Below are positions 18,870 to 26,920 of a stretch of DNA of 31,501 nucleotides, piece after piece (within the stretch, counting starts at the first letter, position 1; every line of letters starts with the position of its first letter). The notes below the pieces were generated by a model that was not told the origin of the DNA, did no database searches, and saw nothing but the letters and a program-made list of their open reading frames with translations. Source of the DNA: a virus (lineage: Duplodnaviria; Caudoviricetes); IMG/VR virus record IMGVR_UViG_3300033067_000018, positions 1 to 31,501 of that record; one strand, written 5' to 3'. The position numbers and the translations under genes were made by a program.

Positions 18870-18877
18870 TACATTTG
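18870..18877 (+). promoter_or_regulatory. Bacteroidota sigma-A -7 element (TACATTTG) just before the ninG-like ATG
   Basis: TAnnTTTG consensus match, 3 nt before ATG 18881. Confidence 0.5.
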
Positions 18878-18880
18878 AAT

Positions 18881-19258
18881 ATGGAAAAGAAACCAACAAG
18901 AACTTCTATAGTTAAAAAACTTGATGCTGTGTTTAGTATTTATATTAGACGCAGATATGCGGTGAATGATATAGCTAAATGCGTTACTTGTGGAAAACAA
19001 GACCATTGGAAAAGTCTACAATGCGGTCACTTTATGAGCCGCAAACATTTGTCTACAAGATGGAATGAAGATAATTGCCAAGTACAATGTGCAGGATGCA
19101 ACGTATTCAGATATGGAGAACAATATTTGTTTAGTCAATATCTTGGTGATAAGTTAGCACAAGAACTACATATTAAATCGAAAGAAACTTGTAAATTTAC
19201 AGACGTAGAACTACAAGAACTTATTGAGCACTACACACAACTAAATAGTCTTTTCTGA
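18881..19258 (+). CDS. ninG: NinG/Rap-family recombination endonuclease
   Basis: LDAVFS.YIRRR, CVTCG, CGHFMSR, RWNEDNC.VQCAGCN; ATG 18881 preferred over TTG 18875. Confidence 0.85.
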   Translation: MEKKPTRTSIVKKLDAVFSIYIRRRYAVNDIAKCVTCGKQDHWKSLQCGHFMSRKHLSTRWNEDNCQVQCAGCNVFRYGEQYLFSQYLGDKLAQELHIKSKETCKFTDVELQELIEHYTQLNSLF

Positions 19259-19290
19259 TTTCTCTTTTATAATTTGGTTAATGTTAAATT

Positions 19291-19319
19291 GGGCTACTTT
19301 AAACGGTAGCCCTTTTTTT
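19291..19319 (+). terminator. Rho-independent terminator
   Basis: GGGCTACT/GGTAGCCC stem plus T7. Confidence 0.85.
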
Positions 19320-19328
19320 GGCAAAAGT

Positions 19329-19389
19329 GTTAAAGAAATGTTAAAATTTAAAATCATAGTATTTTATCAAAAAAGTATTTATAGATTTG
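19329..19389 (+). promoter_or_regulatory. Host-type early promoter (TAGATTTG at 19382) with GTTAAA repeats at 19329 and 19340
   Basis: TAnnTTTG match right after a terminator, followed by an A-rich leader. Confidence 0.7.
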
Positions 19390-19424
19390 CTCCATCAAAC
19401 AATAACAAATAACAAATAAAAATT

Positions 19425-19526
19425 ATGAAAGATCAATTTAAAACAGACACAATTAACTTTTGCATTCTAATAGGAATGATTGTAGTATCTTATTTTTTAG
19501 TAACTAACATTTTATTAAACGCATAA
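19425..19526 (+). CDS. 33 aa single-transmembrane peptide
   Basis: MKDQFKTDTINFCILIGMIVVSYFLVTNILLNA; first ORF after the promoter; TAATG-coupled to the next ORF. Confidence 0.6.
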   Translation: MKDQFKTDTINFCILIGMIVVSYFLVTNILLNA

Positions 19527-19705
19527 TGAAAGATTTAATCGACTTCAACAGATTTCAAATAGAAGCATTACAAGCTGAAATTTGTAAACTAAAACAGGAA
19601 AACAATTTACTATCTACATTTTGCTTTGAAGCATTAGAAGAAGGAATTACAAACGAGTACAAAACATTAATCAAAAAACAAATTTACGAACTAAAACAAA
19701 ATTAA
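19526..19705 (+). CDS. Hypothetical coiled-coil protein, 59 aa
   Basis: Read by hand (MKDLIDFNRFQIEALQAEI...); stop abuts the ERF start. Confidence 0.7.
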   Translation: MKDLIDFNRFQIEALQAEICKLKQENNLLSTFCFEALEEGITNEYKTLIKKQIYELKQN

Positions 19706-19706
19706 G

Positions 19707-20330
19707 ATGAAAGTAGAATTAACATCAGGTAGCCTTACAAATAAACAACTATCTTTAAACGAAAAATTAAGTAGAATTCAAATTGAGTTCAAAGCAAACA
19801 AGTCAAGATTCAATAGCTTTGGTAAATATAACTTTAGAAGTGCTGAAGATATTTTAGAAGGTTTAAAACCATTTAACGAAAAGTATGGTGTATCTTTTAC
19901 TATTACTGAAACATTAGTAGATGTTTTTGATGGCAATTTACCACCTATGTTAAAATCAGTTGCAACTATTTACGACAACAACGGAATTAATGAATTATGT
20001 GCTACTGCAATTGTAGGAGTAGATTTAAACCAAAAAGGGATGCAAGTTCCACAACAATTTGGATCAGCAAGTTCATATGCTAAAAAGTATGCTTTAGGTA
20101 ATCTTTTATTAATTGACGATACACAAGATGCTGATGCAGTTAATAAACACGAGAAATCAGATGGTAACAATTTGAAGTCAACTGAAGATGATAAAAAATG
20201 GTTAAATAAAAACACACCTGAATTTAGTAAATCAATTGAATACTTAAAAAGTGGCGGTAACATAGAAGCTATTGAAAAAAAGTATAAATTAGCCAAAACA
20301 GTTAAAGACGAATTACTAAAAGTAAAATAA
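19707..20330 (+). CDS. erf: ERF-family single-strand annealing protein
   Basis: N.FGKYNFRSAEDIL, Q.FGSASSYAKKYAL.NLLLIDD..DAD motif. Confidence 0.88.
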   Translation: MKVELTSGSLTNKQLSLNEKLSRIQIEFKANKSRFNSFGKYNFRSAEDILEGLKPFNEKYGVSFTITETLVDVFDGNLPPMLKSVATIYDNNGINELCATAIVGVDLNQKGMQVPQQFGSASSYAKKYALGNLLLIDDTQDADAVNKHEKSDGNNLKSTEDDKKWLNKNTPEFSKSIEYLKSGGNIEAIEKKYKLAKTVKDELLKVK

Positions 20331-20388
20331 ACAGGGTAGCTGAAAACTGAATAGAGTAGGCAAAGTAAACAATCAAAAAACAATTATT

Positions 20389-20688
20389 ATGAGTGCATTA
20401 ATTAATGTAAGTTTAAGAGTAGACAAATTACCAAAAGAAAAATTTGTTGCAGGTAAAGATGGAGCTGTTTATTACAATTTTACTATTGGAGTAAATGATG
20501 AAGCTAATCAATTCGGTCAAAATGTTTCTTTAACTGATTCACAAACAAAAGAAGAACGTGAAGCTAAAAAAGCTAAAAATTACATTGGAAATGGAAATGT
20601 AGTTTGGACTGATGGTAACATCGTAGCAGTTAAAAAGGAACAAGCAACTGCTTCTACTAAAGAAGTAGCTTCAGATTTACCTTTCTAA
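20389..20688 (+). CDS. Putative single-stranded DNA-binding protein
   Basis: 99 aa, beta-rich, ends in the SSB-type tail SDLPF, follows ERF. Confidence 0.7.
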   Translation: MSALINVSLRVDKLPKEKFVAGKDGAVYYNFTIGVNDEANQFGQNVSLTDSQTKEEREAKKAKNYIGNGNVVWTDGNIVAVKKEQATASTKEVASDLPF

Positions 20689-20695
20689 ATTAATT

Positions 20696-20729
20696 GGGTG
20701 CAGTATAGGGATATCGCTGCACCCTTTTT
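20696..20729 (+). terminator. Rho-independent terminator
   Basis: GGGTGCAG/CTGCACCC perfect 8-bp stem plus T5. Confidence 0.8.
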
Positions 20730-20743
20730 AAAAACTATTTATT

Positions 20744-21274
20744 ATGAAGAAATGTAAAAGATGTAATATTGAAAAAGAATTAACTGAATTTTATAAACAA
20801 AAAAAAGGTAAATTTGGAGTCAAACCTGAATGTAAAGATTGTATTAAAATTTATAATAAAGAAAATTCAGAAAGTCAAGCATTATATTTTAAAAATTACA
20901 GAATTAATAATAAAGAACATATTGCTAAAATAAAAAAAGATTGGGAATTGATTAAGAGAAAAACAGACCCTTTGTTTAAATTAAAGCAAAATTTAAGGCA
21001 TAGAACAAATAGTGCATTTAAATCAAAGTATTGGCAAAAAAATAATACTACAAAAGATTTATTAGGATGCGAATTTGAACAAGCAAAAGAACACATTGAA
21101 ACCAAATTTACAGAAGGAATGAGTTGGAGCAATTATGGTAAATGGCATATAGACCATATTATACCTTTAGCTTCAGCAAAAACAGAAGAAGAAATGCATT
21201 GTTTATTTCATTATACAAATTTACAACCATTATGGGCTTCTGATAATTTTAAAAAATCAGATAAGATATTATGA
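20744..21274 (+). CDS. HNH endonuclease with N-terminal CxxC...CxxC zinc motif (likely free-standing homing endonuclease)
   Basis: CKRC...CKDC; WHIDHIIPL...HYTNLQPLWASDN..K. Confidence 0.8.
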   Translation: MKKCKRCNIEKELTEFYKQKKGKFGVKPECKDCIKIYNKENSESQALYFKNYRINNKEHIAKIKKDWELIKRKTDPLFKLKQNLRHRTNSAFKSKYWQKNNTTKDLLGCEFEQAKEHIETKFTEGMSWSNYGKWHIDHIIPLASAKTEEEMHCLFHYTNLQPLWASDNFKKSDKIL

Positions 21275-22122
21275 AAGAATTAGATATTGATGCGGTTGAA
21301 TTATTAATGGAAATGTATGAGGATGAATTAAAAGTTGACGCTACTCAAACTATACCACATCCTGAACCTGTACTTTCATTAGGAACAAAAACATACGAAA
21401 CCAAAGATGGTTTAATTGAATACCCATTAGCATTAGGTACAAAAGGTAATTTTACATTTGTTCAAGCACCACCTAAAAGCAAAAAAACATTTTTTATTTC
21501 ATTACTTTCTGCAGTTTATATGAAAGGAAGTTTAGAAACTTTTGGCGGTGAACTAAAAGGATTTAGAGAAAATAATCATCTTATTCATTTCGACACTGAA
21601 CAATCTTTATTCCATTGCCAAATGGTATTTAAAAGACCTTTAGATATGGCAAAGATTGATACAAGCAAATATCACACATATGCATTAAGACAATTAGACT
21701 ACAAAGAAAGGTTGCAATTTATAGAACACGTTTTATATAAAAAATTAGAAGGTAAAGATATAGGACTTGTAATAATAGACGGTGTAGCTGATTTATGTAG
21801 CGATGTAAATAATATTGAAGAATCGAATGCAGTAGTTCAAAAGTTAATGAAGTGGACTAAAGAATTAAATTGCCACATTATAACAGTTATACATAGTAAC
21901 TTTGGTTCAGATAAACCTACAGGGCATTTAGGGTCATTTTTAGAAAAGAAAACAGAAACACAAATACAATTAGAATTAAATACAGTTAACAAAGAATTAG
22001 TTACTGTTAGTTGTAAACGTAGTAGAAACGCATCATTTGAAACATTTAGTTTTAAAGTTAATAATTTTGGATTGCCACAAGTAGAAGGTGCAATGTATGA
22101 TCCTTTAAAAGGTGTATTCTAA
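21271..22122 (+). CDS. P-loop ATPase, RepA/SF4-like helicase (AAA_25-like)
   Basis: Walker A variant APPKSKKT, HFDTEQ, Walker B LVIIDG, VIHSN...GHLGS. Confidence 0.75.
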   Translation: MKELDIDAVELLMEMYEDELKVDATQTIPHPEPVLSLGTKTYETKDGLIEYPLALGTKGNFTFVQAPPKSKKTFFISLLSAVYMKGSLETFGGELKGFRENNHLIHFDTEQSLFHCQMVFKRPLDMAKIDTSKYHTYALRQLDYKERLQFIEHVLYKKLEGKDIGLVIIDGVADLCSDVNNIEESNAVVQKLMKWTKELNCHIITVIHSNFGSDKPTGHLGSFLEKKTETQIQLELNTVNKELVTVSCKRSRNASFETFSFKVNNFGLPQVEGAMYDPLKGVF

Positions 22123-22153
22123 ATTGTTAATAACTTTTAAATATATTTACAAA

Positions 22154-22453
22154 ATGAAAACCACCATAAAAAACCAAATAGAAGAATTAAAGAATACCGC
22201 ATCAAGAACAGGATTGATATTCTGTGACAACAAAGTTATGTTTTCTTTTGTGCAAGATGTACTTTTAAAGTTAGAGCAAATAGAAGACTTAATAGAATTA
22301 GAAAATGAATTACATTTCACAGATGTAGCTGATGCAGTTAAGAATATGTACAAGAAGGATGAAAATTTAACTCACGTGTATGTTAATTTCCAAGTTAGAC
22401 CTGTAGAAGTAGAAAAGAAGTTTGGCGTTATAGATGCCAAGTTATATTTATAA
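22154..22453 (+). CDS. Hypothetical protein (probable start MKTT at 22154)
   Basis: The track start at 22112 overlaps the helicase and a promoter-like TGTTAATAA...TATATTTA segment. Confidence 0.6.
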   Translation: MKTTIKNQIEELKNTASRTGLIFCDNKVMFSFVQDVLLKLEQIEDLIELENELHFTDVADAVKNMYKKDENLTHVYVNFQVRPVEVEKKFGVIDAKLYL

Positions 22454-22512
22454 GAATAAAAGTTTAAGATAATCAGGAAAGAGCAATTGATTATTAATTT
22501 AAACTATTTATA

Positions 22513-22725
22513 ATGATTTTTACAAGTATTATTTTATTGTTAGCTATTTTTTGGATAGCATTATTGGCAATGCAACACTATGCAGGTCAATTAATTATTA
22601 GCCCAATTATGGGAATTATGTTTGGTGCTTTATACGATAGAGAAACAGACGATCAGGTTTACCATACATTTCAGCTTGTGTTAGGTGTAGTAGCTTTAAC
22701 CTTTACTTGGGAAACAAATGAGTAA
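22513..22725 (+). CDS. Small membrane protein
   Basis: 70 aa with hydrophobic segments; overlaps the sigma start. Confidence 0.6.
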   Translation: MIFTSIILLLAIFWIALLAMQHYAGQLIISPIMGIMFGALYDRETDDQVYHTFQLVLGVVALTFTWETNE

Positions 22726-23257
22726 CCAATGGCTTGGAAAAGTAGCGGAACATCACAACGAATGGGTTAAAGTTGTTCAATCATTTGGTGAATTTGACTA
22801 TGCAGAAGATATAGTACAAGAAAGTTATATAGCGTTATGGAAGTATGCAGATGCTGAAAAGTTAATTGATGACAATGGTCAGGTAAGAAAGGGCTATATG
22901 TATTTCACACTACGTTCTTTATTTTACCAATACTATAACAAAAAGAAAAAGGTGAACAAAGTTGATGTGGATGGTTGTTGGGAATTATTTGATGATTCAA
23001 ACATAGAAGAACACAAAGCATATAACGAAATATGTTTACTAATTGATGAAGAAATAAAAGATTGGAATTGGTACGATCGTAAACTATTTAAACTATACAG
23101 AGATACTGATTTGTCAATGCGTGACATTTCAAAAGAAACAGGTATTAGTTTAATTTCAATATTTCACTCTTTAAAGAATCACAAAGCAATTCTGAAAGAA
23201 AAGTTCCAAAAGGACTATCAAGATTATATAACAAACGATTATAACTCAATTTACTAA
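22718..23257 (+). CDS. ECF-like RNA polymerase sigma-70 family factor
   Basis: Region 2 AEDIVQESYIALW...YMYFTLRS; region 4 HTH LSMRDISKETGISLISIFHSLK; 179 aa. Confidence 0.8.
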   Translation: MSNQWLGKVAEHHNEWVKVVQSFGEFDYAEDIVQESYIALWKYADAEKLIDDNGQVRKGYMYFTLRSLFYQYYNKKKKVNKVDVDGCWELFDDSNIEEHKAYNEICLLIDEEIKDWNWYDRKLFKLYRDTDLSMRDISKETGISLISIFHSLKNHKAILKEKFQKDYQDYITNDYNSIY

Positions 23258-23259
23258 CT

Positions 23260-23649
23260 ATGGCAAAAGCAAGAACAAAAGCACCTTCAAAAGGATTAGG
23301 TGACACAATTGAAAAATTTACTGAAGCAACAGGAATAAAAGCTGCAGTAGAAGTATTCACTAAAGCAACGGGTATTGATTGCAAATGTGAAGAAAGAAAA
23401 GCTAAATTAAACAACCTAATTCCGTATAGAAGAAAGGTTAATTGTTTAAATGAATCAGACTACAATATGTTAACTGAATTTGTAAAACCAACAAAAGGAA
23501 GTTTAACACCAAACGAACAATGGACTATAATGGCTATTTACGAAAGGGTATTTGAAGTAAAAATAGAGCATTCAAATTGTGGTTCTTGTTGGAGAGATAC
23601 AATTTCTGATTTAAGAAAAGTTTATAACGAATACAAAGTGAATGATTAA
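23260..23649 (+). CDS. Conserved hypothetical Cys-containing protein
   Basis: KGLGDTIEK, DCKCEERK..LN and CGSC motifs; possibly Zn-binding. Confidence 0.6.
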   Translation: MAKARTKAPSKGLGDTIEKFTEATGIKAAVEVFTKATGIDCKCEERKAKLNNLIPYRRKVNCLNESDYNMLTEFVKPTKGSLTPNEQWTIMAIYERVFEVKIEHSNCGSCWRDTISDLRKVYNEYKVND

Positions 23650-24034
23650 CTGGAACGAGGCGGATTTGTTCGATTTTTTAAAGTCGAACGTTTACCCTGA
23701 TTTAGTTAAGTCAAAGAATCAGATGTCAAGGTGGGATTGCTACAGTCCCACCACAGGACATAGAATAGAGCTAAAATGCAGGAAGCGACACTACCCAACA
23801 CTACTACTTGAAAAGAAGAAATATGATGCAATGATAGAAGAATGTGAAAAGCATTTAGATATACCAATTTATATTAATTCAACACCTGAAGGAGTATTTA
23901 GTTTCAACTTGCATAAGATATACCCAACGTTTGAAATAAACAATAAGAATCCAGCAACTACACAATTTTACAACACACAAAGAATAGAAAAAGAAGTTAC
24001 ATATTTAGAAATTAATCAAGCATTAAAATTATGA
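23642..24034 (+). CDS. Putative PD-(D/E)XK nuclease-fold protein
   Basis: WDCY...IELKCR active-site-like pattern. Confidence 0.55.
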   Translation: MINWNEADLFDFLKSNVYPDLVKSKNQMSRWDCYSPTTGHRIELKCRKRHYPTLLLEKKKYDAMIEECEKHLDIPIYINSTPEGVFSFNLHKIYPTFEINNKNPATTQFYNTQRIEKEVTYLEINQALKL

Positions 24035-24387
24035 AAGACAATCCAATACAATTAGAATTTTTAAAAAGCGTATTACTATCACAACTGTTATTAGAATGTA
24101 ATGAGAATTTACGCTTCACAAAGCAATATAATGGTGCTTTAAAGCATTTACTCAACAAAGTGAACAGTCACTTAGAAACAACTGTTTATGATGAATACAG
24201 AAAGATTTATAATACGGATGCAGAAATGACTACAAACATATTAAGAAGCATTGAAGATTTAACTACAAAGTTAACTACATCAAACTTGGATGAACTTGTA
24301 ATGATTAACGCGATTATTGAAAAATACAATGAAAACAAAGAATGGTTTAGTGAATATGGTAATGCAGAATTTTTAAGAATCGAATAG
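24031..24387 (+). CDS. Hypothetical protein
   Basis: 118 aa ORF, ATGA-coupled. Confidence 0.65.
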   Translation: MKDNPIQLEFLKSVLLSQLLLECNENLRFTKQYNGALKHLLNKVNSHLETTVYDEYRKIYNTDAEMTTNILRSIEDLTTKLTTSNLDELVMINAIIEKYNENKEWFSEYGNAEFLRIE

Positions 24388-24388
24388 T

Positions 24389-24565
24389 ATGATAGAGCTA
24401 ACAACTATTTTTGGAAAAAAAATATGTATAATGTTTAAACATATAAAAGCAATAGAAAGTAATGGTTTTAGAACTTTAATATATTTTAATAATAAACACG
24501 AAATGGTAGAAGAAAGTTATGATTTTATTAAATATGAAATTGACGTATGGCTAAAAAGAAAATAG
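24389..24565 (+). CDS. Small hypothetical protein, 58 aa (MIELTTIFGKKICI...VEESYDFIK)
   Basis: Read by hand; fills the gap; pattern loosely like FlbD/YlzI-type small beta proteins. Confidence 0.6.
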   Translation: MIELTTIFGKKICIMFKHIKAIESNGFRTLIYFNNKHEMVEESYDFIKYEIDVWLKRK

Positions 24566-24801
24566 AAATCTATTCACCACATTATACTGAAGTAAACGCT
24601 ATGGTGTATTGTGTTAAACGTAACGTAGCTTATTCACTTGAAGCTAATAATAATAAAAGGTTCTACATAGTTAAGTATATACCAAGCGACTACAAGAATG
24701 TAATCTACTTGAAAGAAAATAATAGAAAGGTAGAGTTCAGTGAATATGAAGCAACTAAAAAGATAATGGAATTATATGTTAATCAAAGTAAATTATTATG
24801 A
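24547..24801 (+). CDS. Hypothetical protein
   Basis: 84 aa ORF in a coupled array. Confidence 0.6.
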   Translation: MAKKKIEIYSPHYTEVNAMVYCVKRNVAYSLEANNNKRFYIVKYIPSDYKNVIYLKENNRKVEFSEYEATKKIMELYVNQSKLL

Positions 24802-25076
24802 AAAAGAAAGCTATAAAAAAAGTAATTAAAAATTTTGATTTTGAAAGAGTAAATTATGTTATGTATGTTTTAAATTGGAAGTGGGCTACATATAATGCAA
24901 TTCCAAATACTATACAATTAAAAGAAACTGCAGAAAGATTATTAGAAAAAGTTTCTAAATCTAAAGAATACACTGAAGTTTCTACAGGTGGTTTTACTGC
25001 TTATAAAAATGATATTGAAATAGGATTAAGATTTACAATTGAAAATTTTTATGAATTTTATAAAAAAGAAAATTAA
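24798..25076 (+). CDS. Hypothetical protein
   Basis: 92 aa; FDFERV..VM..LNW.W and STGGF motifs typical of a small phage protein family. Confidence 0.65.
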   Translation: MKKKAIKKVIKNFDFERVNYVMYVLNWKWATYNAIPNTIQLKETAERLLEKVSKSKEYTEVSTGGFTAYKNDIEIGLRFTIENFYEFYKKEN

Positions 25077-25077
25077 T

Positions 25078-25299
25078 ATGAAAGTAAAAGACACAATGAC
25101 AGAATGGATAGAAGCACAAGTAAAAGATAGTGTAGTGCAATCAGTAATTAATAAGTTCAAACAACGTAGTGAAGTAGGAATAAAGAAATACAATACTACA
25201 TTAGACCGTGAAGACTTAACCGATAAAGAATGGATAAACCACGCACAGGAAGAAGCAATGGATTTAATTTTGTATTTAGAAAAACTTAAAAGATTATAG
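25078..25299 (+). CDS. Small all-alpha protein, possibly MazG-like nucleotide pyrophosphatase fold
   Basis: G.KKY.TTLDR.DL...W..HAQEEAMD...Y; ATG 25078 directly follows the previous stop. Confidence 0.5.
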   Translation: MKVKDTMTEWIEAQVKDSVVQSVINKFKQRSEVGIKKYNTTLDREDLTDKEWINHAQEEAMDLILYLEKLKRL

Positions 25300-25301
25300 A
25301 T

Positions 25302-25430
25302 ATGAAACAATCACCACTACAAAGAATACAACGCATTATGAAGTTCAACTACAATAGAGGGTTGAATAGTGAAAGAGTAAATGCAGTATATAGAAAGATT
25401 ATCAAACAAAAATTAGAGGGTAGCAATTAG
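25302..25430 (+). CDS. Small basic hypothetical protein, 42 aa
   Basis: MKQSPLQRIQRIMKFNYNRGLNSERVN...; stop lies within the terminator hairpin. Confidence 0.55.
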   Translation: MKQSPLQRIQRIMKFNYNRGLNSERVNAVYRKIIKQKLEGSN

Positions 25431-25442
25431 CTATCCTTTTTT
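25417..25442 (+). terminator. Rho-independent terminator
   Basis: AGGGTAGC/GCTATCCT stem plus T-run. Confidence 0.75.
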
Positions 25443-25446
25443 ATTT

Positions 25447-25496
25447 GTTAAAATTTTGTTAATACTTGCAAGATATTAATAACTTGTTTATATTTG
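25447..25496 (+). promoter_or_regulatory. Host-type early promoter (TTG at 25466, TATATTTG at 25489) with GTTAA(A/T) repeats at 25447 and 25458
   Basis: Bacteroidota -33/-7 consensus immediately after a terminator. Confidence 0.75.
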
Positions 25497-25519
25497 CTTC
25501 AACATTAAAACCAAACACT

Positions 25520-25705
25520 ATGACAAAGCAAGAAATCAAAACAGAATTAGAAAATGTAATCTACGTTTTAGAAACATTAGAAAACGATTACGCAGCACTT
25601 AAACTAAAAGCAGTTCTATCAGCTTTAGAACACGATTGGATGCAATCAGCATACTTTACAAACGAAATAGATGTAATCCTAAACCTTGAACAAGATAATG
25701 AATGA
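25520..25705 (+). CDS. Hypothetical acidic protein (start MTKQ at 25520)
   Basis: The track start at 25466 falls inside the promoter. Confidence 0.65.
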   Translation: MTKQEIKTELENVIYVLETLENDYAALKLKAVLSALEHDWMQSAYFTNEIDVILNLEQDNE

Positions 25706-25895
25706 AGACGCAACAATAAAGATATTTAGCAAGATACAAGCACTCGAACGTGACTTGCAATGGATATACCACGAATACTTCAACGGACAAGTAAATGATG
25801 ACCAATTTATGTCAATGGTAGATTCAACAGAAAGAGATATACAAACACACTATTACATTTACGACTTAATTATACAAGATGCAAGAAAAAATTAG
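25698..25895 (+). CDS. Hypothetical acidic protein
   Basis: ATG 25698 overlaps the previous stop. Confidence 0.6.
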   Translation: MNEDATIKIFSKIQALERDLQWIYHEYFNGQVNDDQFMSMVDSTERDIQTHYYIYDLIIQDARKN

Positions 25896-26652
25896 AACAT
25901 TAGATAACAAGATTTGGGACAAACAAGAACTGTTAGATAATATGTATGATGATGACTTTTACTATGGTTACTTGGGTAAACAAGCATTATCATCTTCAAG
26001 TCTTAAAATGGTGCTTAAAAGCCCTAAAACATATAAATACGTTACAAAGTATGGACAAGCAGAAACGCAACCATTAAGAGATGGAAAACTATTCCACACA
26101 TTGATATTAGAACCTAATAAGATAGATGACTTTACCTTTGTAGAGTGTAAAACTAAAGCAGCAAAAGAATACAAACTTGCAGTAGAAGAAAAACAGAACG
26201 TATATACTACAAATGAGTTAAGAGATGCGGAAAGATTAGCTGATGCAATCCTAAAGAACAATGAAGCTACTGCATACTTTATGGGTGCAGAATTTGAGAT
26301 ACCTGAAATAGCAATGATAGATGGAATACCATTTAGAGCCAAAGCAGATATTTTAAGAGAAAACCAAATAATAGACTTAAAAACTACTACAGGATTAAAT
26401 GAATTTAGATATTCAGCAGACAAATATAGTTACGACTTACAAGCATACTTATACAAAGAAATGTTTGGAGTAGATGAATTTGTTTTTGTATGTATAGACA
26501 AAGGAAGTTTAGACATTGGAATATTTGAATGTAGTGATGACTTCTACCAAAAAGGTAAAGACAAACTTGAACAAGGTATTGCTAATTACAAATACTTCTT
26601 TCAGAATGAAGCAGTAGATTTAAACCAATATGTATTAAGAGGAATATTGTAA
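25879..26652 (+). CDS. RecE/exonuclease VIII-like PD-(D/E)XK exonuclease (DUF3799-like)
   Basis: LSSSSLK, G.LFHTLILEP, RAKADIL...IIDLKTT, Y.Y.LQAYLY. Confidence 0.85.
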   Translation: MQEKIRTLDNKIWDKQELLDNMYDDDFYYGYLGKQALSSSSLKMVLKSPKTYKYVTKYGQAETQPLRDGKLFHTLILEPNKIDDFTFVECKTKAAKEYKLAVEEKQNVYTTNELRDAERLADAILKNNEATAYFMGAEFEIPEIAMIDGIPFRAKADILRENQIIDLKTTTGLNEFRYSADKYSYDLQAYLYKEMFGVDEFVFVCIDKGSLDIGIFECSDDFYQKGKDKLEQGIANYKYFFQNEAVDLNQYVLRGIL

Positions 26653-26915
26653 TGAAAATAGACTATATAAAAACAAAAAATAAAACATTTATAGCTCAAA
26701 AATCAGGAGTTAAAGATGAATCTAAATATTTTGGCAATATTCCTATTTGCAAAATAAAAAAACTTACTTTAGGTAGATTTCAAATTGATTATTTTTGTTC
26801 AATTCATCAATGCTATGTTTTGAAAAAAGGATTATCACTTGGAGATGAAGACAAACCAAATAAAAGGATTATTTTATATCCTAATGCAATAGAAGAAGTA
26901 CATTTTAAAATTTAA
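26652..26915 (+). CDS. Hypothetical protein
   Basis: 87 aa, TAATG-coupled. Confidence 0.6.
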   Translation: MKIDYIKTKNKTFIAQKSGVKDESKYFGNIPICKIKKLTLGRFQIDYFCSIHQCYVLKKGLSLGDEDKPNKRIILYPNAIEEVHFKI

Positions 26916-26920
26916 AAAAT

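Noticed and set aside
20338-20362. Hammerhead ribozyme (CTGA...GAAA-like words)
   Set aside because: The CUGANGA core and three stems cannot be assembled
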